Assembly: GCA_034520625.1 (NCBI GenBank)
Contig: JAXHNI010000004.1
Coordinates: 55,070-119,069, forward strand
From: Gammaproteobacteria bacterium
GTDB taxonomy: Bacteria > Pseudomonadota > Gammaproteobacteria > Arenicellales > JAANXG01
Direction: 5' to 3'
Length of the DNA stretch: 64,000 nucleotides
Below are positions 17,138 to 24,948 of this stretch, piece by piece (positions within the stretch are counted from its first letter, which is position 1; every line of letters starts with the position of its first letter). The notes beneath the pieces are model-generated. The model was not told the DNA's origin. It ran no database searches and saw nothing but the letters and a program-made list of their open reading frames with translations. A program made the translations under genes and the position numbers.

Positions 17138-17704
17138 ATGTTTACCACGCACACCCCCGACACGGCCCCTGCCGAATCCGCCCAGGTGCTGAAAGGCGTC
17201 CAGGAGAAGATGGGCTTCGTCCCGAATCTTTTCGCCCATATAGCGGAATCCCCGACGGCCACCAAGGCCTATGCCCAGCTCAGCGAGCTGCTCGGGCAGT
17301 CGTCGCTGTCACCGCAGGAGCTGCAGATCGCCCTGCTCGCCACCAGCGTGGAGAACCGGTGCCATTTCTGCGTGGCGGCCCATACCGCCGGCGGAACCAA
17401 AGCCAAGGTGTCCCAGCAAACCCTGGACGCTATCCGTTCGGAAACTGCGCCTGATGATGCAAAGGATGCGGCGCTGGTTCAGTTCGTGCGCCGGGTCGTG
17501 CGCGACCGGGGTTGGGTGCCGGAATCCGAAGTCAAGGCATTCGTGGATGCCGGCTACAGCGAAGCTCAGATATTGGACGTGATCACGGCCGTTGCGCTCA
17601 AGACGCTGTCCAACTACAGCAACCATCTTACGAATCCGGCGCTGAACCCGGAACTGGAAAAGTTTACCTGGGAACCCGAAGCGAAGCAGTCGAAGGTTGG
17701 TTGA
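17138..17704 (+). CDS. carboxymuconolactone decarboxylase (AhpD-like) family protein
   Basis: ATG preceded by GGAGGG (the track's 17126 start is a TTG). CxxC-type motif RCHFCVAAH is typical of the CMD/AhpD fold. Confidence 0.85.
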   Translation: MFTTHTPDTAPAESAQVLKGVQEKMGFVPNLFAHIAESPTATKAYAQLSELLGQSSLSPQELQIALLATSVENRCHFCVAAHTAGGTKAKVSQQTLDAIRSETAPDDAKDAALVQFVRRVVRDRGWVPESEVKAFVDAGYSEAQILDVITAVALKTLSNYSNHLTNPALNPELEKFTWEPEAKQSKVG

Positions 17705-17714
17705 TCGTCGGCTT

Positions 17715-17806
17715 GGGATCAATGGGGGCAGACTCGATTGATCAACCAAGTTTTCGACCATGCCGGTTGATTCGCAGGATCAATCGAGTCTGACCTCATT
17801 GATTCC
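17715..17806. repeat. head-to-head pair of family-2 REP-like palindromes
   Basis: GGGATCAATGGGGGCAGACTCGATTGATCA (17715-17744) and GGATCAATCGAGTCTGACCTCATTGATTCC (17777-17806, inverted). The second copy contains the stop and last codons of the DUF3179 gene. Confidence 0.8.
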
Positions 17807-18751
17807 GTCGAATACTTCTGTGTCCGGATGAAAAGCGATCCAGGCGAACCAGTACGCGATTACCGTCGGGATCTCGCTGCCGGATTCGTCCAGCACCCGG
17901 CCGGTGCGGTTGACGGCATCGAAATGCACGGTCAGCCGGCGCCCCGCGAGCTCGTCCTGGAACGGCGTGTCGAGCTTCGACAGTTCCGCGAACGGGTAGG
18001 CCTTCATCTGTCCATCCAACTCCAGGCCGATCACCTGTTCTTTGGAATGATACCGGGCGTCGCGGTTGGCAACTGGAAACCAGACCTGTTCGCTGTTCTC
18101 GTAGCCCGCATAGGGCGCGCGATCGTAGTTTCGGTTGTATCCGGTTTCCGTGGACAGCACCAGGGTATCCGGGTGGCGTGTTCGCCAGTCGCGCCAGGTC
18201 GTGTAACTGGCCGGCAGATGCTCCAGCCGGGTCCCGATCATCGGGCCGCTTACGGCTTCTGCCATGATCTGTGACCACAGGGACTCTGTCTCCCGGTCAT
18301 AGAGGAGCACGTCGCTGTTGTAGAGGAGCCCGGATACACCGAAGCTGGTGTTCCGGCCTCCGACACCGGACGAGAACGCCATACCCGTGCCGCACAGCGG
18401 GCAATAGCTGACCACCACTTCTTCGCCGTCGAAGTCGTCGTTCACGACTTCGTGGTAATTCAATATCTTGATGGGATACGCCTTGGCCACGCCGTTCAGG
18501 GTCATGCCCATGACGCGGTCTGCCGGCGCCAGGAAGTCAACGGATGCAGGTTTGAGGAACCTGGGTTCGTCGATCGCCGGAATACCGTCCTTTGGCGGCC
18601 CGCCGTGGTGAATATCATCCCGGGGGATCGACGTTTCACTCAAGTCAAAGCCGTTGAGCGACGGCCCGGCACCGTTTGCCGCTGCAGCCAGCAGCAGGAG
18701 TGCGACGCACTGTGGACGTATCACCGCCGGAAGAAGTCTCATAGTCAACAC
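17780..18751 (-). CDS. DUF3179 domain-containing secreted protein
   Basis: Signal peptide, then FDLSETSIPRDDIHHGGPPKDGIPAIDEPRF...VAKAYPIKILNYHEVVND...VVVSYCPLCGTGMAF, the hallmark of DUF3179. Confidence 0.85.
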   Translation of the reverse strand: MLTMRLLPAVIRPQCVALLLLAAAANGAGPSLNGFDLSETSIPRDDIHHGGPPKDGIPAIDEPRFLKPASVDFLAPADRVMGMTLNGVAKAYPIKILNYHEVVNDDFDGEEVVVSYCPLCGTGMAFSSGVGGRNTSFGVSGLLYNSDVLLYDRETESLWSQIMAEAVSGPMIGTRLEHLPASYTTWRDWRTRHPDTLVLSTETGYNRNYDRAPYAGYENSEQVWFPVANRDARYHSKEQVIGLELDGQMKAYPFAELSKLDTPFQDELAGRRLTVHFDAVNRTGRVLDESGSEIPTVIAYWFAWIAFHPDTEVFDGINEVRLD

Positions 18752-18820
18752 AATCTCATGGTCGTGGCAAAAAAATGAACCTTGACGATACAGACGGACA
18801 CGATGCGGATTTTATTCCCG

Positions 18821-18954
18821 TAGTCGTCATTGCATCCTTAGGGAGTCTCCGAACAATTGGAGAAGTCGTCATTGCGAGCGCAGAGAAGCAATCCAATTTG
18901 CCCGCCAATTAACGCTTTACGGATTATTTTGTCGCTCCGCTCCTCGCAATGACG
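18821..18954. repeat. CGTCATTGCGAG-type repeats (family 4): one partial and two full copies, the outer pair inverted
   Basis: GTAGTCGTCATTGCATCC (18821-18838), GTCGTCATTGCGAGCGCAGAGAAGCAATCC (18865-18894) and, inverted, GTCGCTCCGCTCCTCGCAATGACG (18931-18954). They lie in an AT-richer 330-bp intergenic region. Confidence 0.7.
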
Positions 18955-19108
18955 CACTTGATCAGAGATTCCCTGAGTCTGGAGACGGACCCTGCTCGTT
19001 GTGTAACCCGACACGCGGTCCCGGCATCCAATCAGTAACAGCGAAGTATCGCTGAGCAGGCTGAACAGTAAGCAGCCGTAAATGAACTATCAATCGGAGA
19101 TTACTATC

Positions 19109-19432
19109 ATGAAACTGAACAGTTCGAAAATTCGATTGCGTAACGCCGCCCTGATCCTGGGTGTTTTGGCTGTCGCACCTCTGGCCGCACAGGCCATGAT
19201 CACGGACCACGAGGTCGATATCCTGCGGCTCGAACCGGACTCGGCTCTCAATGCAGACCAGCGCTCGTCCGGAGATTCCGATTCCGCGCTCGCGCGTCGG
19301 TTCGGTGCCAACAGCGGGGTGTGGACCAACGGTAACTCCGTGAAATCCCTGAATGCGTCCGGCGAAGCAGCCGCCGACAGCGCGCACAATGCTGATTGGC
19401 GCGACGCCGAACACTTCAACCGGCTGCGGTAG
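19109..19432 (+). CDS. small secreted hypothetical protein
   Basis: GGAGA RBS 8 nt upstream of the ATG. Signal peptide MKLNSSKIRLRNAALILGVLAVAPLAAQA followed by a polar D/S/A/N-rich 78-aa region. A strong hairpin follows. No family recognised. Confidence 0.5.
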   Translation: MKLNSSKIRLRNAALILGVLAVAPLAAQAMITDHEVDILRLEPDSALNADQRSSGDSDSALARRFGANSGVWTNGNSVKSLNASGEAAADSAHNADWRDAEHFNRLR

Positions 19433-19483
19433 GACGCTCGATCCGGTTTCAGCATCACGTGACAATACCGGATTCAGGCAATC

Positions 19484-19510
19484 GAGCACGGCGGCTTGGC
19501 CGCCGTGCTC
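19484..19510 (+). terminator. GC-rich hairpin (12-bp perfect stem, 3-nt loop) downstream of the small secreted ORF
   Basis: GAGCACGGCGGC-TTG-GCCGCCGTGCTC followed by CTGTCGTT. The U-tract is weak, so terminator activity is inferred only. Confidence 0.45.
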
Positions 19511-19738
19511 CTGTCGTTACGATGTGCAAGTCTGTGGTCCGATGATGCCGCGTTATCCGTCGGGCTCTCGTTGGCGGGTTTCGCGCCATCCGGCTTGAGT
19601 ACTCGACGCGGCCCCGGACCCGGCAGGGGCGCTCAAGAACTTTATAACGCGCTCAGAGTCTCACCGAACATGCTTGGAGGGACGGGCGTTGCGCGGACGG
19701 CCCGAATACACGAACGCCACTTGGAGAAGTCTTCCAGT

Positions 19739-20713
19739 ATGAAACAGATTCCATCAACCGGACCTTCGTTCGGAGAAGAGCTGCGCCAAAACGGTTTGGG
19801 TTCCCTGAAGCGAGCCCACCTGACCGAGTTGCAGGTCAACGTCGGCAAGTTGTGCAATCAGGCGTGCAGCCACTGTCATGTCGATGCAGGACCCAAACGA
19901 ACGGAGATCATGACCCCCGAGATTATGGCGCGGATCGTGGCGTGGCTGGAGGATGCCGGCATTGCGCATGTCGACATAACCGGCGGCGCGCCGGAGTTGA
20001 ACCCCGGTTTCCACCGTTTCGTCGATGACATTCTTCAGGCGGGCGCCCGGGTCACTTCGCGGTGCAATCTTACAGTCCTATTCGAGCCCGGCCAGGAGGA
20101 TCTGGCACAGTGGTATGCCGACCGCCAGGTACGCCTGGTCTGTTCCCTGCCCTGCTATTCACGCCGCAATGTCGATGCCCAGCGCGGTAAGGGCGTATTC
20201 GGCAAGAGCATTGAGGCACTCAAGGCCCTGAACGAGGTCGGGTACAGCTCCGATCCCGAGCTGGTACTGGACCTCGTGTACAACCCCGGCGGAGCCAGTC
20301 TCCCGCCGTGCCAGGAGTCGTTGCAGGAAGAGTACCGGGAACGCCTTTGGGAGGACTTCGGTATACGGTTCAACAATCTTTTTACTCTCGCCAACCTGCC
20401 CATCAACCGTTTCGCGCATTTTCTGGAACGCCAGGGTAAAGCCGAGGAGTATCAGCACCTCCTGATCGACAACTTCAACCCGGACACCGTCAATGGCCTG
20501 ATGTGCCGCCATATCATATCGGTGGACTGGGAAGGCCGCGTCTATGACTGTGACTTCAACCAGATGCTGGAGCTGCCCATGGGCATGAACGGTGTGCAAT
20601 ACCTGTGGGACATCGATTCCAGGGAACTGGCAGACCAGCCAATCCGCGTGGACCGGCATTGTTTCGGCTGCACCGCCGGCGCCGGCTCGAGCTGCGGAGG
20701 CGCGTTGACATGA
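19739..20713 (+). CDS. arsS: radical SAM / Cys-rich domain protein, ArsS-like (TIGR04167-type)
   Basis: ORF 19496-20713, trimmed to MKQIPSTGPSF... Motifs: LQVNVGKLCNQACSHCHVDAGP (CxxxCxxC cluster), DITGGAPELNP, QRGKGVFGKSIEALKALN, LVYNPGGASLPP, ISVDWEGRVYDCDFNQML, and the C-terminal HCFGCTAGAGSSCGGAL. Confidence 0.85.
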   Translation: MKQIPSTGPSFGEELRQNGLGSLKRAHLTELQVNVGKLCNQACSHCHVDAGPKRTEIMTPEIMARIVAWLEDAGIAHVDITGGAPELNPGFHRFVDDILQAGARVTSRCNLTVLFEPGQEDLAQWYADRQVRLVCSLPCYSRRNVDAQRGKGVFGKSIEALKALNEVGYSSDPELVLDLVYNPGGASLPPCQESLQEEYRERLWEDFGIRFNNLFTLANLPINRFAHFLERQGKAEEYQHLLIDNFNPDTVNGLMCRHIISVDWEGRVYDCDFNQMLELPMGMNGVQYLWDIDSRELADQPIRVDRHCFGCTAGAGSSCGGALT

Positions 20714-21111
20714 CGCCGTCACCAAAGCACCTGCCGACGTCCCTGCTTTTGCTGCGCCTGGGAATCTTCCTGGTTTTCCTGATGTGGACCCTGGACAAGT
20801 TCGTGCAGCCGGAGCATGCGAGCCAGGTGTTTGCGTATTTCTATGGTCTGTCCGGGTTGGCGCAAACCACCCTGTATGTGATAGGCGCTTTGCAGATGGT
20901 GCTGATCGCGCTGTTCGTAGCCGGTGCCTACAAGACCCTTACTTACGGTGCGATCACCGCTTTTCATGCCGTGTCGACATTCACTTCCTTTCCACAATAC
21001 CTGCGACCGTTCGACAATCTCCTGTATTTCGCTGCGTGGCCGATGCTGGCGGCATGTGTGGCGCTTTTCCTTTTGCGGGAGCACGACACCTTGACACTGC
21101 TACGCCGCTGA
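20710..21111 (+). CDS. small 4-TM membrane protein (DoxX-like), translationally coupled to the ArsS-like gene
   Basis: ATGA start/stop overlap with the upstream gene. 133 aa with four hydrophobic spans (LLLLRLGIFLVFLMW, LYVIGALQMVLIALFVAGAY, ...). Family call is tentative. Confidence 0.6.
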   Translation: MTPSPKHLPTSLLLLRLGIFLVFLMWTLDKFVQPEHASQVFAYFYGLSGLAQTTLYVIGALQMVLIALFVAGAYKTLTYGAITAFHAVSTFTSFPQYLRPFDNLLYFAAWPMLAACVALFLLREHDTLTLLRR

Positions 21112-21201
21112 AGCGGCCGGGACGCAGTGGACGTTCGCCGTATGGGATGATGCGACGGGTGCATCGAATGCTGCCGGCAACGCCAAACGCCACTTGAAAT
21201 A

Positions 21202-21237
21202 CCAGGAGCCTGTCCGATCACTCGGACAGGCTCCTGG
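21202..21237. repeat. perfect 16-bp-stem palindrome CCAGGAGCCTGTCCGA-TCAC-TCGGACAGGCTCCTGG (family 5, compact form)
   Basis: Read directly. The same arms occur about 200 bp apart at 23192-23426. The stop codon of the truncated kinase ORF lies in the loop. Confidence 0.85.
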
Positions 21238-21919
21238 CCGTCGGCTTCCTCACGGCCCCTTTCTGGGTGCTGGTGCGGAAGCGCTCCGCGGCGTCCGCGA
21301 GCCGGCGGAGGCGGCGGGTCAGAAGGGCGGAAATTATCAGTGCGGTGACGAGGGCGGACACCAGGGCGGTGCCGGCGGACCACACACCAAGTGTCAGTGC
21401 ATGGCTGTGTCGAATGTCGTCAACGACCGTGTGGAACTTCGCGCCGGTCAGGACCAGGTACAGGTACCCGGTCAGCTCGCCGTCGTCGGTTATCGATGAG
21501 GCGGAGAAGATCACGCCCTGCTCCGGGCGGATCGGATCTTCGCCGGAAAGGGGGAACGGGTCTCCGGCCAGCATCTTCCGAATCGGAGTGGTGTCCACGC
21601 TTTCGACCTGAATACCTGATTCCGGAACCGAGTGTGCGAGGATCCCCCCTCCGGCGTCGAGCAGGTATACGTCGACGCCCGGATTGACAGACGCCATGGC
21701 GTTGAACAACGACTCGAGCCGCGCTGCGTCGGGCCGACCGCCGATGAGCAGCTCTTCCCGGTCGACGATCTGCGCCGCCAGGGACCGGTTCAGCTTCTGA
21801 TAGAGCTCCTGATGGTACAGATCGCTGCTGTAGTAGATCAGTGCCCCGAACATGAAGCCGATAATCGCGTACAGGCCCACTAGAACGAGCGCGACTTTTG
21901 GAAACAGGCGCCGAAACAA
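21218..21919 (-). pseudogene. sensor histidine kinase N-terminal remnant (TM1, periplasmic domain, TM2, start of HAMP); no kinase core
   Basis: 233 aa with TM1 (VALVLVGLYAIIGFMFGALIYY), a ~150-aa extracytoplasmic domain and TM2 (LGVWSAGTALVSALVTALIISALL). Then TRRLRRLADAAERF, and the ORF ends ...RSLSE* inside the family-5 palindrome. No HisKA or HATPase region follows. Confidence 0.5.
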
Positions 21920-22129
21920 ACGCTGCGCTCCTGTGTCTATGCGCCCGTGATCGCCGGCGCCAACCGGCGCGTGTCATCGTTGCCGATAATCGATGTCGGG
22001 TCTGGCATGGTTCCGAAACGCGGCATGGTCCCGGAAAGACTGTCGACGGGGTTCGTTTATTCCCGTATTCATGACTTCGGTGCGGGCGGATCGCATAAAT
22101 ATTCCGGCCGTGACAGGCGGACCTGACTC

Positions 22130-22447
22130 TCACAGCCGGGACAGGTAGTCCGCGATGGAATCGATTTCCGCATCCGTCAGTCCCTGCGCGACGGGCTTCA
22201 TCTGCACGATGAGGCCCTTGTCCCGGGCTCCCGACCTGATGTCCTGGATCTGTCGTATCAGGTAGTCCCTGTTTTGTCCCGCGAACTTGGGATAACCGCT
22301 GTTGATGGGCGTTTCACCGTCGTCGCCATGGCAGGCGGCGCAGCCTTTTTCCGAGTACAGGGCATCACCTTCAAAAGTGCTGGCGGCAGCTGATACCGAT
22401 GCAGCGAACGCCGCGTTCAGGGCAAGAGTCGCGAATCTGCGTTTCAC
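22130..22447 (-). CDS. class I c-type cytochrome (monoheme, periplasmic)
   Basis: 105 aa. Signal peptide MKRRFATLALNAAFAASVSAAAS, heme motif CAACH, distal Met candidate in LIVQMKP. Confidence 0.85.
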   Translation of the reverse strand: MKRRFATLALNAAFAASVSAAASTFEGDALYSEKGCAACHGDDGETPINSGYPKFAGQNRDYLIRQIQDIRSGARDKGLIVQMKPVAQGLTDAEIDSIADYLSRL

Positions 22448-22714
22448 GTAGGTTTCCCCAGAGAGCCTCGAGTGAATGGGTCGAACTGTAGTTGTGTAAT
22501 GACGACAGTCGTCGCTCTGAAATCCCCTTCAGGCAGGGCCCGACAACCATGTCCGGAAGATGGCTGGCGCCCGATGGAACCACGCTCCGTTCCGCGGGGT
22601 CGAAGTATTGGATATGGAGGATGTATGGTGAACGGACTCGGACAACCGATTTTTCGGTCCCGCTAACAGGCTGTTTTTCAACAGCCTGTTAGACCCATAG
22701 ACGGAGAGTCCCTC

Positions 22715-23188
22715 ATGCGATTTACGCTGACCGCCGCTGTACTTGCACTGCTTCTTGCCGCCTCAATGTCTGCGAATGCCGATGACCGGAACCCCTACTC
22801 GGGTATGCAGAGCGTTGATACCGGTGTCCCGATCCTGGAATATCAGGAGTCGCTTCTTGAGGCCGTGAAAGCCAACGATATGGGGGTGGTGGCTCAAGCC
22901 TGTGCCGACTGCGGTGCAAAGGCGGTGCTGGGCAAGGATATCCCCCGAAACCGCGTGATCATGATTTTCCATCCGAGGTTTGCGGTGCGAATGCTCGAGG
23001 CCAGCGTGGCCGCCGGCATCGAAGCTCCGCTGCGTCTGTATCTGACGGAACAGGAAGACGGTACGGCGAGACTGACCTATCGGCTGCCGAGCCATGTATT
23101 CGGGGCTTATGAAGTGGCGGCGCTGGACGAGCTGGGCCGGGAGCTGGACGGGACAATCGCCCGTATCGTCGACGACGCGGGACGGTAA
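22715..23188 (+). CDS. DUF302 domain-containing periplasmic protein
   Basis: Signal peptide MRFTLTAAVLALLLAASMSANA. Core ...NDMGVVAQACADCGAKAVLGKDIPRNRVIMIFHPRFAVRMLEASVAAGIEAPLRLYLTE... is typical of DUF302. Confidence 0.8.
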   Translation: MRFTLTAAVLALLLAASMSANADDRNPYSGMQSVDTGVPILEYQESLLEAVKANDMGVVAQACADCGAKAVLGKDIPRNRVIMIFHPRFAVRMLEASVAAGIEAPLRLYLTEQEDGTARLTYRLPSHVFGAYEVAALDELGRELDGTIARIVDDAGR

Positions 23189-23191
23189 GCA

Positions 23192-23426
23192 CCAGCAGCC
23201 TGTCCGAGTAATCATGGCGCCACTGCGGCGGTGGCAAATCGGCCCATATTTCCGATCCTTTTGTTCGACGGATCCCTGCGCCTTACCCCTTCGGGGCTGG
23301 CGCGAAAAATCGCTCTGGGCGATTTTTTCGTCATATCGTTACCACTATGCTCCTCGAATCATCGAAAATCTGGCCTCGGTTGCCCACTCGCCTCGCTACG
23401 CGCGGGTCACTCGGACAGGCTCCTAG
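23192..23426. repeat. family-5 element, expanded form: AGCCTGTCCGAGT arms flanking ~200 bp
   Basis: Left ACCAGCAGCCTGTCCGAGTAATC and right GGGTCACTCGGACAGGCTCCTAG carry a 13-bp perfect inverted repeat. The flanks match the compact palindrome at 21202-21237. The interior contains an A/T hairpin CGAAAAATCGC-TCTGG-GCGATTTTTTCG. Confidence 0.7.
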
Positions 23427-23447
23427 TGCATATCCCGGGTCAACGCG

Positions 23448-24605
23448 GTGATTGACAAATCGGTCCATGGGCTTTGGCTCGCCGTCGCGGCCACCGTGGT
23501 GCTGACGCTGATTCTGCACCTGCAAAGGAGCGGTGGGACCCTGGCGGTGCTTTTCGTCATTGGCATTGCCCTGGGCGCAACGTTGTACCACGCCGCGTTG
23601 GGTTTCACGGCCGCTTATCGCCGATTCTTCCTGGATGGAGAGATCTCGGGGATTGTGGCCCAGATTGTAATGCTTGCGGTTGCCATGACCCTGTTTGCCC
23701 CGGTGTTGGCGGCTGGCGAAGTTTTTGGCCATGGTGTTTCCGGCGCCGTCGCGCCGGTAGGCGTGTCGATGGTGCTGGGCGCCTTTTTGTTCGGTATCGG
23801 TATGCAGCTGGGCGGGGGGTGCGGTTCCGGCACCCTGTTTACCATGGGCGGAGGCGATGCGCGAATGGTTGTCACGCTGGCGTGCTTCTGCATCGGCGGC
23901 TTCTGGGGCAGCCTGGACCTGGCCTGGTGGAGGACGCTTCCGGAAGCCCCTGCCGCTGCGCTCGGGGAACGCTGGGGGTATGGACGAGCGTTGGCGGCTC
24001 AATTGGTCGTTCTCGGTCTGGTCTATGTCGTCCTGCGGCGCAGGTTCGGCCGGCCGGTTCCGTCGCGCCCGCCGCCGGGCGGGCCGGAGCGCCCATCGCT
24101 CCTGTATGGACCGTGGCCGTTGCTGCTCGGGGCGGTGCTACTGGCGGTGCTGAACTGGTTGACGCTGCTCGTAGCCGGCCATCCCTGGAGCATCACCTGG
24201 GGGATGACGCTCTGGGGCGCCAAGGCGGCAGTGCTTGTGGGTTGGGAGCCGGTGGGGCAGGGCTTCTGGTCTGGATTGTTTCAGCAACAGGCTCTGGCGA
24301 ATCCGGTGCTTGACGACCCAACGTCCGTAATGGACGTGGGCATCATTGCCGGCGCGTTCGTGGCCGCGGTTCTGGCAGGACGCTTCAGGCCGACGCTTCA
24401 CATACCACCGCGCGCCCTGTTGGCTTCCGTAGTTGGCGGTTTCCTGCTGGGATACGGCGCCCGGTTGGCCTACGGCTGCAACATCGGTGCGTTTTTCTCC
24501 GGGGTGGCATCCACCAGCCTCCACGGCTGGTTGTGGATAGCGGCGGCACTGCCCGGCAACTGGCTCGGTATCAAGTTGAGGCCCTGGTTCGGCCTGCCGC
24601 GGTAA
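23448..24605 (+). CDS. YeeE/YedE family inner-membrane protein (thiosulfate/sulfur-compound transporter family)
   Basis: 385 aa, polytopic, GTG start. Two sulf_transp-type motifs: QLGGGCGSGTLFTMGGG and AYGCNIGAFFSG. Confidence 0.85.
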   Translation: MIDKSVHGLWLAVAATVVLTLILHLQRSGGTLAVLFVIGIALGATLYHAALGFTAAYRRFFLDGEISGIVAQIVMLAVAMTLFAPVLAAGEVFGHGVSGAVAPVGVSMVLGAFLFGIGMQLGGGCGSGTLFTMGGGDARMVVTLACFCIGGFWGSLDLAWWRTLPEAPAAALGERWGYGRALAAQLVVLGLVYVVLRRRFGRPVPSRPPPGGPERPSLLYGPWPLLLGAVLLAVLNWLTLLVAGHPWSITWGMTLWGAKAAVLVGWEPVGQGFWSGLFQQQALANPVLDDPTSVMDVGIIAGAFVAAVLAGRFRPTLHIPPRALLASVVGGFLLGYGARLAYGCNIGAFFSGVASTSLHGWLWIAAALPGNWLGIKLRPWFGLPR

Positions 24606-24628
24606 CAGGGGCTCGGATCAGCCGGTAT

Positions 24629-24922
24629 TCATTTGCCGGCAGCGCGCTTCGCCGCGACGATACCCTTGATTATCTGTTCTGGTATTTCTTCGCTGCCGTC
24701 GCCGTTTTCACCGTGGAAGTTCTTTTGACATAACGTGATCGATCGGCGGTAGCGCTCAAGGTAGTCCTTGCAGCCGGTGCACAATCGTATGTGCCACTCA
24801 AATACGAGTTGCTGCTTCCTGGGCAGCTCCCCGGCCAGGTAATCATCCAGGAACTGGTCGGCTTCCTCGCAGGTCACCATCATCGGCATATACTGCATCA
24901 TCATGGCTCTTATTTGGCTCAT
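24629..24922 (-). CDS. soluble zinc-binding anti-sigma factor (ZAS family)
   Basis: 97 aa with no TM segment. HxxxCxxC motif in EWHIRLCTGCKDYL plus an upstream Cys (VTCEE). Lies immediately downstream of an ECF sigma gene. Met-rich N-terminus, so the start is ambiguous. Confidence 0.75.
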   Translation of the reverse strand: MSQIRAMMMQYMPMMVTCEEADQFLDDYLAGELPRKQQLVFEWHIRLCTGCKDYLERYRRSITLCQKNFHGENGDGSEEIPEQIIKGIVAAKRAAGK

Positions 24923-24948
24923 CCAGGTAACTCCCGCCGGGTGTAATT

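Noticed and set aside
19496-19738. N-terminal extensions suggested by the ORF track for several genes. They are ArsS-like 19496, orphan 45385-45651, ettA 47453-47569, pfp 62470-62652, hydrolase 13607-13747, TIM barrel 7694-7753 and the lipoprotein genes.
   Set aside because: The extensions are Arg/Pro/Gly-rich, lack homology to the families and often begin at non-ATG codons inside repeats or neighbouring genes. Internal ATGs give canonical N-termini, and several have an RBS or ATGA coupling.
21218-21919. Annotating the 233-aa product as an intact small sensor protein.
   Set aside because: The architecture (TM, periplasmic domain, TM, beginning of a HAMP-like linker) normally continues into a kinase core. 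The reading frame instead ends inside a repeat element. It is kept as a probable pseudogene, with that uncertainty stated.
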